Source: Rickettsiales bacterium (lineage in GTDB: Bacteria > Pseudomonadota > Alphaproteobacteria > Rickettsiales > JABIRX01). From it: 53,924 nt of DNA. The translations under genes were made by a program, and so were the position numbers. The notes beneath the pieces are model-generated. The model saw nothing but the letters and a program-made list of their open reading frames with translations, ran no database searches and was not told the origin of the DNA. The stretch lies in NCBI GenBank assembly GCA_016780625.1, contig JADHLN010000002.1, forward strand, positions 1 through 53,924, read 5' to 3'. The stretch's first letter is position 1. Each line of letters begins with the position of its first letter. Positions 48,325 through 53,924 of this stretch are shown one piece after another.

Positions 48325-49582
48325 TTATTTATATTTTATTATATTTTTTTTATTGTCATGTACTAATGATGATAAGTATTTTTCGGAATCATTTGACGTA
48401 TTGCCTGATAGTAAAAGTTATTTAAGAGTTGATTCTATTCTAGAAAATAGTTTTTTATCAATAGGTGATAATGATAAAATTTATACCACAAATTATGTTA
48501 ATAATGGTACTATATCCCTTCCTACCTTAAATTTAGATAAGAAGAAGCTTAATAAGATAAGCTATAAATATTCAAATAAATCAATTAAGGCTCCATTTTT
48601 TATTGAGCCAGTAATTCGTAATGGTATTGCCTATATTGCTGATGTGGCTGGAGGTTTAAGTGCCTATGACATAAAATATGATAAGATTATATGGCAGAGA
48701 AATTTAATTAATCATGATGAGAAATATAATAACCTTGCTGGGGGTATTACATTAGATGATAATAAGTTATATATTATTAATGGTTCTCATTTTTTATATG
48801 CTATAAATGCTTTAAATGGTGAAATATTATGGAGTGTTGATATAGGCTTTAACGCAAGATCTAAGCCTTTTATTTATCAAAATAGGGTTATAATATCTAG
48901 AATTGATAATTATTTAATATCTTTTAATAAGATTAATGGCAAGCGGTTATGGGGCGTAAAATATGATGATTATATTGCTTCTTTATATCAAAAAAATATT
49001 CCTTTAGCTAGAGGTAACTTATTATTAAATGGCAATGAATTAGGTGAGATAGCTATACATGATTTAAATAAGGGTAATATTTTATGGAAGGATAATTTAT
49101 CTAGCTCTAATATAAGTTCGGAATATCATTTTAGCGATATAATATCATCGCCTTTGTTATATAAGAACATAGTTTATGCTATATCAAATAATGGTTTTCT
49201 ATCTGCATATGAAATTTTTTCTGGCTCAAAATTATGGGAATTAAGAGTTTCAAGCAATAAAGATTTATGGTTTACTGAGAATTTAATTTTTTTAATTAAT
49301 AAGGAGCAAAATTTAGTTGCTATATCACCAGATAATGCTGCTATTAAATGGATGGTTAATTTAAATAAGCAGGACAAAGAAATTTCGTATTATGGTCCTC
49401 AGCTAATAAATAAACATGTTGTTGTCTCTAATAATAAAGGAAAATTATTTATGTTTAATTATAATGATGGAGAGTTATTGAAAAGCTATAAAATACCTAA
49501 AAATATCAATCATTTCCCAATAATAGCTGACAATAAGTTATTTTTTGTAGATAATAGCTCAAAATTTTATATTCTTGATTAA
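48311..49582 (+). CDS. bamB: outer membrane protein assembly factor BamB (PQQ-like beta-propeller lipoprotein)
   Basis: GTG start. Lipobox FFLLSC. Repeated G.L.A.d...G...W blades (e.g. GGLSAYDIKYDKIIWQ, YAINALNGEILWS, ISFNKINGKRLWG, LSAYEIFSGSKLWE). Sits between the yfgM-like gene and der. Confidence 0.8.
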   Translation: MKRYNYLYFIIFFLLSCTNDDKYFSESFDVLPDSKSYLRVDSILENSFLSIGDNDKIYTTNYVNNGTISLPTLNLDKKKLNKISYKYSNKSIKAPFFIEPVIRNGIAYIADVAGGLSAYDIKYDKIIWQRNLINHDEKYNNLAGGITLDDNKLYIINGSHFLYAINALNGEILWSVDIGFNARSKPFIYQNRVIISRIDNYLISFNKINGKRLWGVKYDDYIASLYQKNIPLARGNLLLNGNELGEIAIHDLNKGNILWKDNLSSSNISSEYHFSDIISSPLLYKNIVYAISNNGFLSAYEIFSGSKLWELRVSSNKDLWFTENLIFLINKEQNLVAISPDNAAIKWMVNLNKQDKEISYYGPQLINKHVVVSNNKGKLFMFNYNDGELLKSYKIPKNINHFPIIADNKLFFVDNSSKFYILD

Positions 49583-49599
49583 AATCATATAATTATATC

Positions 49600-50973
49600 A
49601 TGTTTACAATTTCAATTGTAGGGAGACCTAATGTAGGTAAATCTACTTTATTTAATAGTTTGGTAGGTGAAAAAAAAGCAATTATTCTTGATATGCCTGG
49701 CGTAACTCGTGATAGGAAAGAGTCTTTTGCTAAATTATATGATATTGATTTTAAATTAATTGATACTGCTGGTTATGAAAATGGTTCTGATAAAATAAAT
49801 GATAAGGAAATTTTTAAGCAGATTAATTTTGCCATGGATGAATCTGATTTAATTTATTTAGTAATTGATGCTAAATATGGTATAAATAAATTAGATTTGG
49901 ATTTTATAAATATTGTTAGAAAAAAAAATAAAGATGTAATTTTATTAATTAATAAGTCTGAAGTTAAAGCTAAAAATATTAGTGAAGATGAAATTTATAA
50001 AATTGGTTTTAAGAAATTTATATATTTATCTGCAGAACATAGAATTGGATATGATGAATTATATAGTTTTACATTAAATTATTATAATCAATATAAAGAA
50101 ATTTACGCTATTTCTGATGCAGAAAAACAGTTTGGTATTAGGGTAGCAATTGTTGGAAAGCCAAATGTTGGTAAATCAACTTTAATTAATAATTTGCTTT
50201 CTAGTGACAGATTATTGGTAAGAGATGAAATTGGTACAACCAGAGATTCTATTGAGGTTCCCTTTAAATATAATGATGAGAGTTTTATTTTAATTGATAC
50301 AGCTGGAATTAGAAAGCGTACTAAAATTAATAATAAATTAGATATGTTAAGTTATGAAGATTCTTTTAAAGCAGTGCGTTTTGCAGATATTTGTGTTTTA
50401 TTAATAGATGTCACTAAGGGAGCTTTAGAAAAGCAAGATTTATATATTGCCTCACATATAATAAGAGAGGGTAGAGGTGTTGTGGTTATATTGAATAAAA
50501 GTGATTTAGTTTCTAATGAAAAATTGGAGTTGATTAAGGATGAGGTTTCTTATCAGATTAATAAATATATACCACAGAATAGATCCTTAAAAATTACCAC
50601 TATTTCTGCAAAATATAAGAGAAACCTAGATTATATGATGCAGGTAATAGCTTTAGTTAATGAAAATTGGAATTTTCATATCAAAACTTCTCAGTTAAAT
50701 ATGTGGTTAAAAAATACTGTTTTAGAGCATAGACCAGCTTTGTATAAAGGCAAAGAGGTACGACTTAAATTTATTAATCAAACTAAAACAAGGCCTCCTA
50801 CATTTGTAATAACTTGCAATTATCCTGATAAACTAAGTGAAAGCTATATTAGATATTTAAAAAATTCTTTAGTTGAAAATTTTTCTTTATCAGGGGTAAA
50901 TCCAAGATTTATATTTAAAAAGGAAGGTAATCCTTATTTAAATAAGCAGTCTAAAAATTCTATAAAAAAATAA
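49600..50973 (+). CDS. der: ribosome-associated GTPase Der (EngA)
   Basis: 457 aa. Two G domains (GRPNVGKST...DTAG...NKSE and GKPNVGKST...DTAG...NKSD) plus a KH-like C-terminal domain. Confidence 0.95.
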   Translation: MFTISIVGRPNVGKSTLFNSLVGEKKAIILDMPGVTRDRKESFAKLYDIDFKLIDTAGYENGSDKINDKEIFKQINFAMDESDLIYLVIDAKYGINKLDLDFINIVRKKNKDVILLINKSEVKAKNISEDEIYKIGFKKFIYLSAEHRIGYDELYSFTLNYYNQYKEIYAISDAEKQFGIRVAIVGKPNVGKSTLINNLLSSDRLLVRDEIGTTRDSIEVPFKYNDESFILIDTAGIRKRTKINNKLDMLSYEDSFKAVRFADICVLLIDVTKGALEKQDLYIASHIIREGRGVVVILNKSDLVSNEKLELIKDEVSYQINKYIPQNRSLKITTISAKYKRNLDYMMQVIALVNENWNFHIKTSQLNMWLKNTVLEHRPALYKGKEVRLKFINQTKTRPPTFVITCNYPDKLSESYIRYLKNSLVENFSLSGVNPRFIFKKEGNPYLNKQSKNSIKK

Positions 50974-50987
50974 TTTATTTGGATGTT

Positions 50988-51063
50988 TGGTGGAGATAAG
51001 CGGACTCGAACCGCTGACCCTCTGCTTGCAAAGCAGATGCTCTACCAGCTGAGCTATATCCCC
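50988..51063 (-). tRNA. tRNA-Ala (anticodon UGC)
   Basis: The reverse complement GGGGATATAGCTCAGCTGGTAGAGCATCTGCTTTGCAAGCAGAGGGTCAGCGGTTCGAGTCCGCTTATCTCCACCA folds as a cloverleaf. G3:U70 identity pair; anticodon loop TTTGCAA; CCA encoded. Confidence 0.9.
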
Positions 51064-51081
51064 TGGTTAGAATCGAAATTA

Positions 51082-51109
51082 TTTATAAATTAAAAATATA
51101 TATAGTCAA
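51082..51109 (-). promoter_or_regulatory. candidate sigma70-type promoter for tRNA-Ala
   Basis: On the minus strand: TTGACT (51109-51104), a 16-nt spacer, then TATAAA (51087-51082), about 18 nt upstream of the mature tRNA 5' end. By-eye call in AT-rich DNA. Confidence 0.3.
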
Positions 51110-51143
51110 ATTAAAAAGCAGCTATTTATTTAATAGCTGCTTT
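51105..51143 (-). terminator. rho-independent terminator downstream of ahpC
   Basis: Perfect 12-bp stem AAAGCAGCTATT / AATAGCTGCTTT (51115-51126 and 51132-51143) with a 5-nt loop. On the minus strand it is followed by TTAATTT, 9 nt after the ahpC stop. Confidence 0.6.
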
Positions 51144-51152
51144 AATAATTAA

Positions 51153-51695
51153 TTATGATGCAGGTCTTAGTACTTCATCACCTTTGTTCCAATTACAAGG
51201 GCATAGCTCATCAGTTTGAGCTGCGTCTAATATTCTTAAAATTTCTTTAGGATTTCTTCCAACATTTAAACCATTAACTGATACATGTTGAATTATATTA
51301 TCTGGGTCAATTATAAATGTAGCTCTTAAAGTTACTCCTGCTTCAGGATCAAGAATTCCTAAATTTGCTGATAATTCTCTTTTTATATCTGATAATAATG
51401 GATATGGAAGATTATTTAGATCTTTATGATCATTTCTCCATGCAAGATGTACAAATTCTGAATCTATTGATGCCCCGATTATTTGTGCGTCTCTTTTTTC
51501 AAATTCTACATTCATTTTGCCAAATTCAGCAATTTCTGTAGGACAAACAAAAGTAAAATCCTTAGGATAAAAAAATAAAACTTTCCATTTTCCTGCAAAA
51601 CTTTTATCAGTTATATTTATAAAAGCATTATCTAAATCATTACTTATAACTGCTTGTAATGAAAATTCTGGTAATTTATCACCAACTGTTAACAT
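51153..51695 (-). CDS. ahpC: 2-Cys peroxiredoxin (AhpC/Prx1 subfamily)
   Basis: 180 aa. FTFVCPTE (peroxidatic Cys) and C-terminal ELCPCNW (resolving Cys). Strong SD (TGAGGT, 6 nt before the ATG). Confidence 0.9.
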   Translation of the reverse strand: MLTVGDKLPEFSLQAVISNDLDNAFINITDKSFAGKWKVLFFYPKDFTFVCPTEIAEFGKMNVEFEKRDAQIIGASIDSEFVHLAWRNDHKDLNNLPYPLLSDIKRELSANLGILDPEAGVTLRATFIIDPDNIIQHVSVNGLNVGRNPKEILRILDAAQTDELCPCNWNKGDEVLRPAS

Positions 51696-51721
51696 GTTAA
51701 CCTCATTTTTAGTTTTGAAGA

Positions 51722-51750
51722 TTTATAAGAAAAAATTTATTTTTTTTCAA
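51722..51750 (-). promoter_or_regulatory. candidate sigma70-type promoter for ahpC
   Basis: On the minus strand: TTGAAA (51750-51745), a 17-nt spacer, then TATAAA (51727-51722), about 26 nt upstream of the ATG at 51695. By-eye call. Confidence 0.35.
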
Positions 51751-51760
51751 GTTATTTAGT

Positions 51761-53425
51761 TTATGGGTTTAGTTTGAAGCTATTGTTTTTACTTTTGCTT
51801 GTGGTTTTTTTTAATTTAATGTTTTTTAGTAATAATTTTAGTTCTTTTTTATATGTTTCTAAGGTGATTTTTCTTCTTCCATAAATTGCTTTATCTAAAA
51901 TTTGAAGATGATTTATTAATTGTTTCTTATGTTCTAGTTCAAGTTTTTCAGATATGAATTTTTCTAAATTATTACCTTCAATTTTAGTCATGTGAAAATT
52001 TTTATAAAAATAATCTTTTACTGCATTATATAATTCTTGATTATTACCTGCATGTTTAATTTTGGTGAATTTTCCATTTGTAATTTTAATAGCTTTTACT
52101 CTTCTTTTATATTTTTTGAGTATTTCCTTAGAGATAAATAGTAAATTAAGAAAAATTGAGATGAATAATAGAAGTTTTGTTATTTGCTTATCTTGCTTAA
52201 TAATTTTTATGTTATTTGCTTTTTTTACTTCATTTTCTGAGTAATTATTTATCTGCTTGTTGCTTTTAATATCAAAATCAAGCTTTGGAATCTTTGCTGT
52301 TTTAATTTTATTTTTTTGGGTATTAAACCAATTAATTTCTTTCTCTGGTATTAATATTTTTCCTGATTCATTACTAATTAGGGTAAAGTTAATTATTTTT
52401 GTAGCATTTAATGTTTTTGTTTTATCATCAAAATTAGTTTTTAGTTCTGGCTTTTCTTTATAAATTTTATATTCAGCTTTATTTTTATATTCTATTTTTG
52501 GTAATTCTGCTGCATTTAAATTATTAGCTTTAATAATGATTTGAAAATTTATTGGATCACCAACATATATTTCATTTTTTTTGTCATATTTTATAGCTAC
52601 AGTTAGATTATTAGCTATGATATTTGCTGTAGGTCTATTTTTTAAATTTAGAGAAATTTTTTCACTATATTTTTTTATATTTTTATATGATTTAATATTT
52701 TTGAATCTTATGAAATTGCCGAAATTATTAAATGGATCATTTTGATCCTCTTCTGCGATTTTTCCTGTAATTATTGCTGGCTCAATGTTTAATTTTTTTT
52801 CTAATGGAGTTATTTGAAAAAAATATTCAGAGATTAATGCTTCTTTATTATTAATTATTTGATTATAGCTTTTTTCTTTGCCAATTTGCTTAATAATAGC
52901 TTGTTCTGATGAGGGTGGGCTGATTATTTCATTGTAAATATCCTTATATCTAATTATTTTTAGCTGATAAATCAGCGTTTCTCCAATATGTGCTGCTTGT
53001 TTATTTAGTTTTGCAGTTATTTCTATATTTTTATCTGAATCTTTTGCATCGAGTTTATCTTTGCTTATTTTAATTGTTAGAGCTTTGGTTTTTAGTATTT
53101 CATTATCTGATTTTATAGAAATTTCTGGTATAGTAATTTCTCCTAATTTGTCGCTAATATATTTTTGATACCAGATGATTTCTTTTTTATATTTTCCATT
53201 AATAATAGATGTTTTGCTATTAATATTATTAGATGTTAATTTTAAGCCTGCAGCTGTTAAAAGCGAGATATCTGGATTATGATAACGTTCTGTATTACTT
53301 AATGTTAGGATGATTTCAATTTCTTCATTAATATTATATATTTCTTTACTTGTTCTTGCAGTAAATTCTGCTGCATTAAGATTATTGCTAATTATTAATA
53401 AAATGAATATAAGTATTTTTACCAT
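51761..53425 (-). CDS. BatD-like (oxygen-tolerance operon) membrane protein; otherwise hypothetical
   Basis: 554 aa. Signal peptide MVKILIFILLIISNNLNA, a long beta-rich extracytoplasmic region, one TM near residue 410 (LLLFISIFLNLLFI) and a cytoplasmic tail. This architecture, plus the position right after a TPR protein with a charged tail, resembles Bat operons. There is no strong motif-level evidence. Confidence 0.45.
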   Translation of the reverse strand: MVKILIFILLIISNNLNAAEFTARTSKEIYNINEEIEIILTLSNTERYHNPDISLLTAAGLKLTSNNINSKTSIINGKYKKEIIWYQKYISDKLGEITIPEISIKSDNEILKTKALTIKISKDKLDAKDSDKNIEITAKLNKQAAHIGETLIYQLKIIRYKDIYNEIISPPSSEQAIIKQIGKEKSYNQIINNKEALISEYFFQITPLEKKLNIEPAIITGKIAEEDQNDPFNNFGNFIRFKNIKSYKNIKKYSEKISLNLKNRPTANIIANNLTVAIKYDKKNEIYVGDPINFQIIIKANNLNAAELPKIEYKNKAEYKIYKEKPELKTNFDDKTKTLNATKIINFTLISNESGKILIPEKEINWFNTQKNKIKTAKIPKLDFDIKSNKQINNYSENEVKKANNIKIIKQDKQITKLLLFISIFLNLLFISKEILKKYKRRVKAIKITNGKFTKIKHAGNNQELYNAVKDYFYKNFHMTKIEGNNLEKFISEKLELEHKKQLINHLQILDKAIYGRRKITLETYKKELKLLLKNIKLKKTTSKSKNNSFKLNP

Positions 53426-53924
53426 GGTTTTTGGTTCAATGTTTTATATTTTTCTTTTCTCTCAATATTTTTGATTTTTTCTTTCTGTAAATTATGAGGT
53501 ATGTTTTTTATCATATTTTTTAATTGTTCAATTTTTGAGTTTTCTTCATTATTTTTTTTATCATTGCTTTTTTTCTCTTCATTATTTTTTTTGTTATTTT
53601 TATTTTCTTTTTGTTTAGTTTTTTTTAATAATTTTTCTGCGATTGTTAAATTATGTTTTGTTTCTTTATGGTTTGGATTCTCATTTAATATATTCTTATA
53701 TTGTTTTATTGCTTTTTCATATTCTTTATTCATGAAATAACTATTTCCAAGATTATATTTTGTTTTTAGATTTTTATTTTTAATTATTGCAAAATTTTCA
53801 ATAGCTTCTGTGAAATTTTTATTTTTATAATGTGATACTGCTTTATTATATTTATTTTCATAAATTTTTGCTGCTTTTGCAAATTCTTCTTTTTGAAAAT
53901 ATTCTTCTGCAATTTGGGAGTTGT
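53419..53924 (-). CDS. TPR-repeat protein with K/E/N-rich C-terminal tail (BatB/BatC-like), C-terminal part only; continues beyond the window
   Basis: The reading frame stays open upstream of the ORF-track Met (53733) to the window end: ...EEFAKAAKIYENKYNKAVSHYKNKNFTEAIENFAIIKNKNLKTKYNLGNSYFMNKEYEKAIKQYKNILNENPNHKETKHNL, which is consecutive TPR units. The stop overlaps the BatD-like start by 7 nt. Confidence 0.6.
   Translation of the reverse strand, partial: NSQIAEEYFQKEEFAKAAKIYENKYNKAVSHYKNKNFTEAIENFAIIKNKNLKTKYNLGNSYFMNKEYEKAIKQYKNILNENPNHKETKHNLTIAEKLLKKTKQKENKNNKKNNEEKKSNDKKNNEENSKIEQLKNMIKNIPHNLQKEKIKNIERKEKYKTLNQKPW

Overview
Very AT-rich, extremely gene-dense chromosomal core DNA. 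All calls were made by eye from the sequence and the ORF track; no searches or computations were run. I count about 56 protein genes and 4 tRNAs (Gln-CUG, Arg-CCG, Val-GAC, Ala-UGC, all with encoded CCA). I see no rRNA, CRISPR array, IS element, integrase, phage genes or recognisable toxin-antitoxin or defence genes. Gene content points to a streamlined alphaproteobacterium, possibly SAR11/Pelagibacterales-like; this is inference only. Supporting content includes ccmDEFG, tolQRA and tolB, kdsD-lptC/A-lptB, a small RNase D-like exonuclease, yfgM-like/bamB/der, dnaN-recF, gyrB, purSQ and purL, hom, glmS, radA and uvrD. Intergenic DNA is almost absent. Co-directional genes often overlap by 8 nt (ATGNNTAA), and convergent genes abut or overlap. 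I do not see an obvious new defence or mobile system. The best candidates for undescribed biology are: (1) a translationally coupled cassette of an MTAN-like nucleosidase, a spore-photoproduct-lyase-family radical SAM enzyme, an SDR and a secreted SH3b protein (6762-9710); (2) a single ORF that looks like an LptC-LptA fusion (28278-29264); (3) a conserved DEDD exonuclease whose only plausible start is an SD-preceded ATA codon (26729); (4) a prepilin-peptidase-like membrane protein with apparently degenerate catalytic motifs, coupled to an orphan double-NBD ABC ATPase (4113-6327); and (5) a rearranged Tol-Pal cluster in which tolB is inverted and fused to the purL transcription unit. The ORF-track starts of glmS, dnaN, gyrB and lptC look too long and were trimmed.
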